Positions 50,542-59,516 of a stretch of 64,000 nucleotides of DNA are shown here, piece after piece (position 1 is the first letter of the stretch; every line of letters starts with the position of its first letter). The DNA comes from a virus. A model generated the notes under the pieces. It was not told the DNA's origin. It ran no database searches and saw only the letters and a list, made by a program, of their open reading frames with translations. Position numbers and translations under genes: made by a program. The DNA lies in IMG/VR virus record IMGVR_UViG_3300008267_000054, positions 52,440-116,439 of that record, one strand, 5' to 3'.

Positions 50542-51885
50542 ATGTTTGTGGATACACGAGAGGATCTAATTGCGTACAAGCAGTACGTTGCTGGTAAAGT
50601 TGTGAAGGTAATACCTTTATTGGCTAGTAATAAACAACATTACAAATTTAGTGACATAATATCCTATTACGTTAGTTGTGACCAAAACGAGTATGTTTTT
50701 CCATTCAAGCATCCAGAGTCGGTTTTTAGTGAGTATACCTTAGAAGATATTCTAGATAACACAATATGTTACTTTTATGGTAGGTCCATATTGCTTTACA
50801 AAGATATTAATCTTAGTAATGTGTACGATCTTGAATTAGCACACTATCTAAATAAAATAGAGCCTATTGAGAGTAGCACTATATTGACAGAACACTTCTA
50901 TGCTAGAATGCATACTAAATATGCAAAAACAAACACACTTGTTAGCATATCAAACTTTATAGCATATGCTAGAGATGTAGTGAACAATTCAATAAACCAA
51001 GATGCTTGTGGTTTACCATTCTATACAAAAATGCAAACCATACTACATAGCATTGAAAGGAGTGGATTGAAAATTGATCAAAAACATTTTACACCAATAT
51101 ACGGCAGCTCAGGAAATACTATCGATGGTTTTGTCTACACAAAGTACAACCTATTTACGTCAACTGGACGACCAAGTAATAGGTTTGGAGGTATCAACTT
51201 TGCAGCATTAAATAAAAATGATGATACAAGAAGATGCTTTGTATCCAGGTATGATGATGGTACATTAGTGGAAATGGATTTTAAGGCTTATCATCCTCAC
51301 ATTATAGCATCATTAATAGACTATGATTTTGGTGATGAAAATGTTTATGAGCATTTAGCAAAGTATTATTTTGAAACAAATAAACCATCAAAGGATCAGG
51401 TATCAAAAGCAAAAGAATATACCTTTAACCAAGTCTATGGTGGTATCAATAAAAAGTATTTGAGTATTGAGTTTTTTGCTAAGGCACAACAATTTGCTAC
51501 AAATATGTGGACTACTTTTCAAAATCAAGGTTGGGTTGAATCCGGAGTGTCGGGTAGAAGATTTTATGCAGATTGTATGGAAGATATGACGGAGGCAAAG
51601 CTCTTTAACTACTACATACAAATGACTGAAACAGAGTTAAATAGTATTTTCTTAAAAAACCTACTCTCTAGTATAGACAGCACAAAAGCATTACCAGTAC
51701 TTTATATTTATGATGCTGTTGTTTTTGATTGTAAAAAGGAGTATGTTAATAAACTAATAGAAAAAATACTGGGTACAACAACACAAAAATACCCTATTTC
51801 GGTGAAGATTGGTGATAATTATAAGGAGATGATCGACTATAATTATGAAGCCACAACTATTATGCACATTCACGGACAACAGTAA
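50542..51885 (+). CDS. polA: compact family A DNA polymerase-like protein
   Basis: TSTGRPS; motif A MDFKAYHP; motif B KEYTFNQVYG; motif C-like LYIYDAV. Confidence 0.75.
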   Translation: MFVDTREDLIAYKQYVAGKVVKVIPLLASNKQHYKFSDIISYYVSCDQNEYVFPFKHPESVFSEYTLEDILDNTICYFYGRSILLYKDINLSNVYDLELAHYLNKIEPIESSTILTEHFYARMHTKYAKTNTLVSISNFIAYARDVVNNSINQDACGLPFYTKMQTILHSIERSGLKIDQKHFTPIYGSSGNTIDGFVYTKYNLFTSTGRPSNRFGGINFAALNKNDDTRRCFVSRYDDGTLVEMDFKAYHPHIIASLIDYDFGDENVYEHLAKYYFETNKPSKDQVSKAKEYTFNQVYGGINKKYLSIEFFAKAQQFATNMWTTFQNQGWVESGVSGRRFYADCMEDMTEAKLFNYYIQMTETELNSIFLKNLLSSIDSTKALPVLYIYDAVVFDCKKEYVNKLIEKILGTTTQKYPISVKIGDNYKEMIDYNYEATTIMHIHGQQ

Positions 51886-52216
51886 CGTTTTTACCTGCAT
51901 AAGGACTATAAGAAAGAGTTATAATGATGATGGCATTCATGTTGATGTATACACAACACCAAACAGTATCGTTTGCATTTACAACGTAATAGACAGAACA
52001 AAGAGAATACCAGACACGATTAGTATTAACAAGAAAAAAGAAACAAACACGTATTACAGCATTAACGCACTTAACGCTCTAATAATGGCTCTAAACAACG
52101 GCGTACTAGACAAGACCTTTGCCATAGACTGGCACCAATATGTCAACACAATGCTACTCTCAGCCAACAATGGAGGATATAAGTGTATGAAGCTAGAAAA
52201 GATAAATTCACTCTAA
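51845..52216 (+). CDS. hypothetical protein (LLCTF...KKETNTYYSINALN)
   Basis: 123-aa ORF between the polymerase and SSB. Confidence 0.7.
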   Translation: MKPQLLCTFTDNSNVFTCIRTIRKSYNDDGIHVDVYTTPNSIVCIYNVIDRTKRIPDTISINKKKETNTYYSINALNALIMALNNGVLDKTFAIDWHQYVNTMLLSANNGGYKCMKLEKINSL

Positions 52217-52219
52217 CTG

Positions 52220-52248
52220 TTGTTAGAAACAATCAATTTAGGTATATT
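52220..52248 (+). promoter_or_regulatory. Bacteroidota-type promoter (TTG-N20-TATATT)
   Basis: TTG 52220-22 and TATATT 52243-48. Confidence 0.55.
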
Positions 52249-52266
52249 AATAAAAAAACAAAACGT

Positions 52267-53043
52267 ATGAGTATTAACATCGACCAGCTGAAAAATCGGC
52301 TAAAGCAAATTCAATCAACAAGTAATTCGGGCGGTAGTGGAGGCAATGACCTCATTTGGAAAGCCCCAGTAGGTAAAAGTCAAGTTCGCATTGTTCCGTA
52401 TGCACATGACAAATCAAATCCTTTCATTGAACTCTATTTCCATTATGAGATTGGAAAGAAAGTGATGGTATCACCTTCTTCTTTCGGTCGTCCTGACCCA
52501 ATCATTGAGTTCTCTGACAAGTTAAAAAAATCTGGTAGTAAAGATGATTGGAAACTTGGTAAGAAAATCGAACCAAAATTCCGTGTCTATGTTCCAGTTA
52601 TCGTTCGTGGTGAAGAAGAGAAGGGTGTTCGCTTTTGGAGCTTTGGTAAACAAATCTTCCAAGAACTTTTAGGATACATCGCTGATCCAGACTACGGTGA
52701 TATTACAGACCTTATGAATGGTCGTGACGTAACAATCGAGCATATTGCCGCTGAAGAAGGTGGTAAGTCTTTCCCAAGCTACACTGTTCGCATTAAGCCT
52801 AATGCTACTCCTGCAACTCAAGATAAGGCAATTGCAGAGATGATTGTTAACGGTCAGAAAAACATTACAGAAATCGTAAAAGAACCTTCGTACGAAGACA
52901 TGACAGCAGCTCTTGAAGAGTGGTTAAATCCTGATGCTAAATCATCTGCACCAGCAGCTAAAGGTGCTCCTATTAAAGGTGCAACAACTGCAACTAAAGT
53001 AGACGATATTTCAAACGCATTCAGCGAACTCTTTAATAGCTAA
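52267..53043 (+). CDS. single-stranded DNA-binding protein (T4 gp32-like)
   Basis: WK...GK..VRIVP, PF.E..FHY, GVRFWSFGK.I and DITD...GRD motifs; acidic-aromatic tail; ATG 52267 lies downstream of the promoter. Confidence 0.8.
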   Translation: MSINIDQLKNRLKQIQSTSNSGGSGGNDLIWKAPVGKSQVRIVPYAHDKSNPFIELYFHYEIGKKVMVSPSSFGRPDPIIEFSDKLKKSGSKDDWKLGKKIEPKFRVYVPVIVRGEEEKGVRFWSFGKQIFQELLGYIADPDYGDITDLMNGRDVTIEHIAAEEGGKSFPSYTVRIKPNATPATQDKAIAEMIVNGQKNITEIVKEPSYEDMTAALEEWLNPDAKSSAPAAKGAPIKGATTATKVDDISNAFSELFNS

Positions 53044-53049
53044 TAAGTT

Positions 53050-54074
53050 ATGGCAAAAAAATCAAAACCAATCGAAGGAGGTGATCCTTTGAGTGGAAGG
53101 GACGAACTTGCTTCAGTGTTGGCAGACAACCTGAACAAGAAGTTCAAGGACATGAAAGCATAGTTGAAGTAACTGGATTAGAAGCATCCGGTAAGAGTCT
53201 GATTATGGCTCACGTACTTGCTAACACCCAAAAGAAAGGTGGCTTAGCAGTGTACATTGACACAGAGAATGCTTTGTCAGAAGAATTCTTGAGAGCTGTT
53301 GGTGTAAATGTAAATGATATGTTGTACTTGCCAATGGATACCATTGAGGATATCTTTGAAGCAATGGAGAACATTATCGAAACAGTTCGTAAGTCAAGTA
53401 AAGACAGATTAGTAACAATCGTAGTGGATTCAGTTGCAGCAGCAACAACTAAGATTGAACAGGAAGCTGATTATGATAAGGATGGTTGGGCAACTGCTAA
53501 AGCCATTATTATGTCAAAAGCTTTGCGCAAGATTACTGGTATGATCGGTAAGGAGCGTATCCTTGTTTGTTTTACTAATCAGTTACGTGAGAAGCTTGGT
53601 GTAATGTTTGGAGACAAGTATACTACATCAGGTGGTAAAGCTCTACCTTTCCACGCTAGTTGCAGAATTAGGTTGAAAGGCTTAGAGAAGCTAAAAAGTA
53701 AGAGTGGTACCGTCGAACAAATCATCGGAGTTAGAACTGAGGCACAAATAGTTAAAAATAGGATGGGTCCTCCATTTAAGAAGGCCAACTTTGATATCTA
53801 CTTTGACTCAGGTATTGATGATGTTAACAGCTGGTTAACTTTGTTGAAGGATTATGAGGTAATCAGACAATCAGGATCTTGGTACATGATGACCGGACCT
53901 GATGGTCAGGAACTCAAGTTCCAAGCAAAGGATTGGAGAGCAATGGTGAGTGAAGATGATGATCTCAAAGAATATTGCTACAACAAGATCTGCGAAGTAG
54001 TCATTATGAAGTACAGAGCAGAAGACATTAACCCAGATGAAATTTTAACAGACGACGAGTTACCAAATGACTAA
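53050..54074 (+). pseudogene. recA: RecA/UvsX recombinase broken by a frameshifting deletion at about 53160 (real lesion or assembly error)
   Basis: 37-aa N-terminus (53050-53160) stops at TAG. The -1 frame resumes as IVEVTGLEASGKS (Walker A), YIDTENA, VVDSVAA, FTNQLR, GGKALPFHAS. The STG..LD...GG.P.GR segment is absent. Confidence 0.8.
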
Positions 54075-55098
54075 TAGATACTTAGCAATACTAAATGAAT
54101 TAAAAAGCCGTCCAATTGATGATTCAACAAATAAAAATAGCAGAGTTCTTGTTATCGATGGTTTGAATACATTCATTAGATGTTACGCTGCTAGTCCAGT
54201 ATTAAATGACGATGGAGAGCATGTAGGAGGAATCTCAGGGTTCCTCCTCTCCATTGGACATGCTATCAAAGCAATCAATCCAACTAGGGTTATAATTGTA
54301 TTTGATGGTAAGAATGGAACAGCACGAAGAAAACAAATTTATCCGGAATACAAGGCACATAGAAACTTTAAGGTAAGACTTAACAGAGCTGAAACAGTTG
54401 ACAAGCAAGACAATCAACTTAGACAGCTTATCAGGCTTACAGAGTATCTAACTCAAATGCCTTTCACACTCGTTATCCAGGATAACACAGAGGCAGATGA
54501 TGTAATAGCTTACATTGTTAATGACCATTTTCAGCAGTCACACTGCTTTATTATGTCCTCAGATAAAGACTTCCTACAGCTGGTTTCAGACAGAGTACAT
54601 ATATGGAGTCCAACAAAGAAAAAGCTTTACTACAATGAGGATGTTATTGAGGAGTTTGGAGTACATCCACACAACTTTGCTTTATACAAAGCTATTATAG
54701 GTGACCCATCTGATAACATACCTGGTGTAGATGGAGTTGGAGCAAAAACTTTATTGAATAGGTTTGAGTTTATACAGCAACAAGATAAACTATCGGTTGA
54801 TGGTTTTATGCAGTTTGTAGATAATATGAATGATAAGACAAAGACACTGCAAACAATGAAGGAATCAAAAGAGATCATAGCTCGTAACATGGAGCTTGTA
54901 CAACTTGGAGAGTCCAATATGTCTGTTACAAACAAACTAAAGACACAACATCTTTTAGAACAACCAATACCAAGATTCATCAAGCCGTCTTTTCACAAAA
55001 TGCTGATCGAAGATAAAATGACGACAGCTATTAAGAACGTAGACTTTTGGTTAAGAGAAGTAGTACAAAAATTAGATATGTACGCTTTGAAAGATTAA
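54067..55098 (+). CDS. 5'-3' exonuclease (PolI N-terminal/T4 RNase H family)
   Basis: IDGLN, VFDG, YPEYKAHR, EADDVI, SSDKDFLQL and GDPSDNIPGV.GVGAKT motifs. Confidence 0.93.
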   Translation: MTNRYLAILNELKSRPIDDSTNKNSRVLVIDGLNTFIRCYAASPVLNDDGEHVGGISGFLLSIGHAIKAINPTRVIIVFDGKNGTARRKQIYPEYKAHRNFKVRLNRAETVDKQDNQLRQLIRLTEYLTQMPFTLVIQDNTEADDVIAYIVNDHFQQSHCFIMSSDKDFLQLVSDRVHIWSPTKKKLYYNEDVIEEFGVHPHNFALYKAIIGDPSDNIPGVDGVGAKTLLNRFEFIQQQDKLSVDGFMQFVDNMNDKTKTLQTMKESKEIIARNMELVQLGESNMSVTNKLKTQHLLEQPIPRFIKPSFHKMLIEDKMTTAIKNVDFWLREVVQKLDMYALKD

Positions 55099-55120
55099 AA
55101 ATTATTAGTACATTTATAAA

Positions 55121-56488
55121 ATGATTCAAGATACACTGCAATACTATGGAAATACCTTTCAACAAAAGGTAGTGGCGGCCTTAATGAGTGACCGCCTTTT
55201 TCTGCAGCAGATTCACGATATCATTGATCCCAAATACTTTGGTACAGACGCCACACAATGGATAGTTAAACAGATTATTGATTACTTCAATGAATACAAA
55301 TCAGCACCTACTTTAGAGGTGATGAGAGTACACTTAGAGACAGTATCAGTTGATTTGTTAAAGACATCCATTGTGGAAAGTCTAAAGGAATGCCTCAAAT
55401 ACACAGATGCACAAGATCTACAGTTTGTTAAGGATAAAACTATAGATTTTTGTAAGAACCAAAAATTAAAGAACGCTATATTAGGCTCAGTTGATCTATT
55501 AAAAAATGGTCAATATGATGACATTAAGCGATTAGTAGATAATGCTATGAAGGCTGGTACTGATCGTAATGTTGGTCACGACTATGTTGAACATTATGCA
55601 GATCGTTTTAGAGAGAATCTAAGAGACACAATACCAACTCCTTGGGATGTTGTTAATGACATTATGGATGGTGGTTTAGGTAAAGGTGAGTTAGGTGTGT
55701 TTGTTGCTCCGGCCGGTATTGGTAAATCAATGGCATTGGTTAATGTAGCTGCAGACGCTGTTAAGAAAGGTAAAAATGTAATTTACTATTCTTGTGAGTT
55801 GAGTGAAACATATGTAGGTGCTCGATTTGATAGTTTCTACACTGGTATACCATCACAAGATCTAAAGTTTCACCAAGATGAGGTTGAAGCTAAGTTAAAG
55901 AACATTAAAGGTCGTTTGATTGTTAAATACTTTCCAACCAAGACTGCTACAGTACCAATGCTTAATGCACACATTGAAAAGTGTATAATGCAAGGTATGA
56001 ATCCAGATCTTATTATCATTGACTATGCTGATTTGCTTAGGGATGTTGGTGGTAAAGGATCAAACGTTCGTCACGATATTATGCTTGGTAACATTTATGA
56101 GGATATTAGAGGTCTTGCTGGTGTATATCAAATACCAATCTACACTGCATCACAGGCAAACAGATCAGCATTAGAGGAAGATGTTATTGAAGCAGATAAG
56201 ATTGCTGAGTCCTATTCCAAAGTAATGGTTGCAGATTTTGTTGTATCATTATCACGTAAAATAACTGATAAGATATCAGGTACTGGTAGATGGCACATTA
56301 TTAAAAACCGTTTTGGTCCTGATGGAATTACATTCCCAAGTAAAATGAATATGTCTATCTGTCAAATACAGATCTATGGAGAGAATACTATAGATGGTCA
56401 AGAGGCTAAAAAGACTATGATGAGTGGTGATGAAGTTTTAAGAGCAACTTTAGCATCAAAGTTTGCCGAATTAACCGGGAAAACTTAA
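55121..56488 (+). CDS. dnaB: replicative DnaB/gp41-like helicase
   Basis: Walker A APAGIGKS; IIIDYADL, TASQANR and KNRFG motifs. Confidence 0.92.
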   Translation: MIQDTLQYYGNTFQQKVVAALMSDRLFLQQIHDIIDPKYFGTDATQWIVKQIIDYFNEYKSAPTLEVMRVHLETVSVDLLKTSIVESLKECLKYTDAQDLQFVKDKTIDFCKNQKLKNAILGSVDLLKNGQYDDIKRLVDNAMKAGTDRNVGHDYVEHYADRFRENLRDTIPTPWDVVNDIMDGGLGKGELGVFVAPAGIGKSMALVNVAADAVKKGKNVIYYSCELSETYVGARFDSFYTGIPSQDLKFHQDEVEAKLKNIKGRLIVKYFPTKTATVPMLNAHIEKCIMQGMNPDLIIIDYADLLRDVGGKGSNVRHDIMLGNIYEDIRGLAGVYQIPIYTASQANRSALEEDVIEADKIAESYSKVMVADFVVSLSRKITDKISGTGRWHIIKNRFGPDGITFPSKMNMSICQIQIYGENTIDGQEAKKTMMSGDEVLRATLASKFAELTGKT

Positions 56489-56548
56489 TTCAAATACTAT
56501 TTATAACTACAAACAAGGTAGTTTTACACAATAAAAACATCGATTTCT

Positions 56549-58405
56549 ATGACAAAATCAAACGAAATTTTGAGCGAGATTACTATCTTCCTCAAATACG
56601 CAAAATTCATTCCCGAGCTCGAAAGACGTGAGACTTGGAAGGAGTTGGTTACTCGTAACATGGAGATGCACATCAAGAAGTATCCACAACTTGAAAGTGA
56701 GATCCGTGAGACATACAAACTGGTATACGACAAGAAGGTCTTACCGTCAATGAGAAGCTTGCAATTTGCTGGAAAGCCAATTGAGATCTCTCCAAACCGC
56801 ATCTACAACTGTGCATATCTACCAATCGATGATTGGAGAGCCTTTGGTGAGACTATGTTCTTGCTGTTAGGTGGAACCGGTGTTGGTTTCTCTGTGCAAA
56901 AACACCACGTTGAAAAGTTACCGGTTATCAGAAAGCCAAATAGAGATAAAGGTCGTCGCTTCTTGGTAGCTGATAGTATTGAAGGTTGGGCTGATGCAAT
57001 TAAGATGATTATGAAGAGTTACTTTGTTGGTGGCTCACACTTACAATTTGATTTCTCTGACATCAGACCAAAGGGAGCAAGATTAGTTACTTCTGGAGGT
57101 AAGGCACCAGGTCCACAACCTTTAAAAGAGTGTATTGTTAAGATTGAAGGAATTTTAGATAACAAACAAGATGGTGAACAACTTAAACCAATTGAGGTGC
57201 ACGATATTATCTGTCATATTGCAGACGCAGTCTTGGCAGGCGGTATTCGTAGAGCAGCTCTTATTAGTCTATTTAATGCTGACGATGAAGAAATGATTTC
57301 TTGTAAAGCAGGTGCTTGGTGGGAACAGAATCCACAAAGAGGTCGTGCTAACAACTCAGCAGTATTACTAAGACACAAGATTACTAAAGAGTTCTTTATG
57401 TCTCTTTGGAAAAAGATTGAAGCATCTGGAGCAGGTGAACCAGGTTTCGTATTTAGTAATGATAAGGATTGGGGAACTAATCCATGTGCAGAAATTGCTC
57501 TACGACCATTCCAATTTTGTAACTTATGTGAAGTAAATGTATCTGATGTTGAGTCACAAGAGGATTACAATAATCGAGTAAAGGCAGCTGCTTTTATTGG
57601 TACATTACAAGCAGGTTACACAGACTTTCACTATCTACGCCCAGTATGGAAACGTACAACTGAAAAAGATGCACTTATTGGAGTATCGATGACTGGTATT
57701 GGATCTGGTACAGTCTTGAAGTATGATATGAAGGAAGCAGCAAAGGTTGTGAAAGATGAAAATGAAAGAATTGCTGATTTAATTGGTATCAATAAGGCTG
57801 CAAGAGCAACTACAGTTAAACCAGCTGGTACAACATCTCTTGTATTAGGATGCTCTTCAGGTATTCACGCTTGGCACAATGATTACTACATTCGTAGAAT
57901 GAGGGTTGGTAAGAATGAAGCAATCTACACTTACCTATCAGTATATCATCCTGAGTTAATTGAAGATGAGTATTTCCGTCCTCACGATACAGCAGTTATT
58001 GGAGTACCACAAAAAGCTCCAGAAGGAGCTATCTTGAGATCAGAGTCACCAATCCAATTATTGGAAAGGGTGAAGAGAGTTGCTCAAGAGTGGATCAAAC
58101 CTGGACACAGATCAGGTGTTAATATGCACAATGTATCGGCTACAGTTAGTATTCGTGAGCATGAATGGCCTGCTGTAGGTGAGTGGATGTGGGAAAACCA
58201 AGACTATTACAATGGCTTGTCAGTTCTACCATACGCAGATCATACATACAAGCAAGCACCTTTTGAAGATTGTACATTGGAAGTGTATAACAAACTATTC
58301 GAAAGTTTATCTGAAGTAAATCTTGAAAACGTTGTTGAATTGGCAGATTTTACTGATCTTAAAGGAGAAGCCGCCTGCGCTGGTGGTGCTTGTGAAATCG
58401 TATAA
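56549..58405 (+). CDS. nrdJ: class II (B12-dependent) ribonucleotide reductase
   Basis: YNCAY, TNPCAEI, FCNLCE, TVKPAGT motifs and C-terminal ACAGGACE; no adjacent beta subunit. Confidence 0.85.
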   Translation: MTKSNEILSEITIFLKYAKFIPELERRETWKELVTRNMEMHIKKYPQLESEIRETYKLVYDKKVLPSMRSLQFAGKPIEISPNRIYNCAYLPIDDWRAFGETMFLLLGGTGVGFSVQKHHVEKLPVIRKPNRDKGRRFLVADSIEGWADAIKMIMKSYFVGGSHLQFDFSDIRPKGARLVTSGGKAPGPQPLKECIVKIEGILDNKQDGEQLKPIEVHDIICHIADAVLAGGIRRAALISLFNADDEEMISCKAGAWWEQNPQRGRANNSAVLLRHKITKEFFMSLWKKIEASGAGEPGFVFSNDKDWGTNPCAEIALRPFQFCNLCEVNVSDVESQEDYNNRVKAAAFIGTLQAGYTDFHYLRPVWKRTTEKDALIGVSMTGIGSGTVLKYDMKEAAKVVKDENERIADLIGINKAARATTVKPAGTTSLVLGCSSGIHAWHNDYYIRRMRVGKNEAIYTYLSVYHPELIEDEYFRPHDTAVIGVPQKAPEGAILRSESPIQLLERVKRVAQEWIKPGHRSGVNMHNVSATVSIREHEWPAVGEWMWENQDYYNGLSVLPYADHTYKQAPFEDCTLEVYNKLFESLSEVNLENVVELADFTDLKGEAACAGGACEIV

Positions 58406-58419
58406 GATACAAAAAGGTT

Positions 58420-58692
58420 ATGGAAGTTTGGATGACTCGGCAAAGAAATGGTCAATATATGCTAACAAAGTATAAACCAATAATGGCAATGGTAGAAGGT
58501 AGAGATTATATGGATGCCTACGTAGTTCCAGGTGAGCCAATTGGTGTTAGAAATCTATGTGATGCCATTTTAAGAGTGCTTAATAAATCCATTAGTCTTA
58601 AAAGAGGTGAGTCAGTATTAATTGAGCTTAGTGGTAAGATTATTGACATTTATGAACTAGTAACAGATATGAATAATGTTAGTGAAGATTAA
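58420..58692 (+). CDS. hypothetical protein
   Basis: 90-aa ORF filling the gap between nrdJ and dut. Confidence 0.65.
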   Translation: MEVWMTRQRNGQYMLTKYKPIMAMVEGRDYMDAYVVPGEPIGVRNLCDAILRVLNKSISLKRGESVLIELSGKIIDIYELVTDMNNVSED

Positions 58693-59101
58693 AAAATTAC
58701 ATAAGAATGCAGTTGTTCCAACCTACGCAAAGCCTGGCGATGCGGGGTTGGATCTAACCGCATCAGAAACAATTAAAGTTACAGAAACACATATTACTTA
58801 TGGTACCGGATTAGCATTTGAGATACCAGAAGGTTATGTTGGATTAGTTTATCCTAGATCATCAATTAAAAATTATGATTTAAGATTAACCAATTCAGTT
58901 GGAGTTATAGATAGTGGTTATAGAGGTGAAGTACAAGCAGTTTTTGAACGTATTGGTCGGAAATTACAAAACTACGGACCTGGTGATAGAATAGCACAAA
59001 TTATTATTATGCCACATCCACATATAAGCTTAGTAGAAGCAGAGGAATTATCTGAAACTGTGAGAGGTGAAGGTGGATTCGGCTCCTCAGGAATATGGTA
59101 A
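58676..59101 (+). CDS. dut: trimeric dUTPase
   Basis: AGLDL, PRSS, GVIDSGYRGE, RIAQII and RGEGGFGSSG motifs. Confidence 0.96.
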   Translation: MLVKIKKLHKNAVVPTYAKPGDAGLDLTASETIKVTETHITYGTGLAFEIPEGYVGLVYPRSSIKNYDLRLTNSVGVIDSGYRGEVQAVFERIGRKLQNYGPGDRIAQIIIMPHPHISLVEAEELSETVRGEGGFGSSGIW

Positions 59102-59313
59102 AAAGAGATTGGGTATTCGAACAATACGTTAGAGACCTTTACACAACAAAAATGGAAAGGGAATATTATTTAGAGAGTGGTAGCTTTGTGTTTACAGAGC
59201 ACTATCTAAAGAAGAGAAGTGATTGTTGTGGTAATGGATGTAGACATTGTCCATTTGTACCACGACATATTAAAGGAAATACTGAACTGCAAGATATTTA
59301 TAGAAAAGTCTAA
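59095..59313 (+). CDS. small Cys-rich protein (DUF5522-like)
   Basis: YY...G..VFTE.YL.KR..CCGNGCRHCPF motif. Confidence 0.7.
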   Translation: MVKRDWVFEQYVRDLYTTKMEREYYLESGSFVFTEHYLKKRSDCCGNGCRHCPFVPRHIKGNTELQDIYRKV

Positions 59314-59329
59314 CTTAAAAATTAAAAAC

Positions 59330-59512
59330 ATGGCAGATTTAAAATCATGGCTCCAATCACGTACCATTTGGTCCGTATTGGTATCAGTTGCTCCATTTCT
59401 TAGCAAGTTAGTAGGATTCGATATCGATGCTACTCTTGCTGATGTTCTAACAATTGCAGGTGCGGTAGGTGCAATCTACTTCCGAGTAACTGCTTCAACT
59501 AAATTGAAGTAA
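59330..59512 (+). CDS. small two-TM membrane protein, holin-like
   Basis: MADLKSWLQSRTIW..., two hydrophobic helices and a basic tail; TATTTATA at 59295-302 supports ATG 59330. Confidence 0.55.
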   Translation: MADLKSWLQSRTIWSVLVSVAPFLSKLVGFDIDATLADVLTIAGAVGAIYFRVTASTKLK

Positions 59513-59516
59513 AAGT

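Noticed and set aside
5591-58405. Inteins or self-splicing introns in terminase, helicase, polymerase or RNR
   Set aside because: Proteins are of normal or short length with contiguous motifs; no intein termini or homing endonuclease motifs seen
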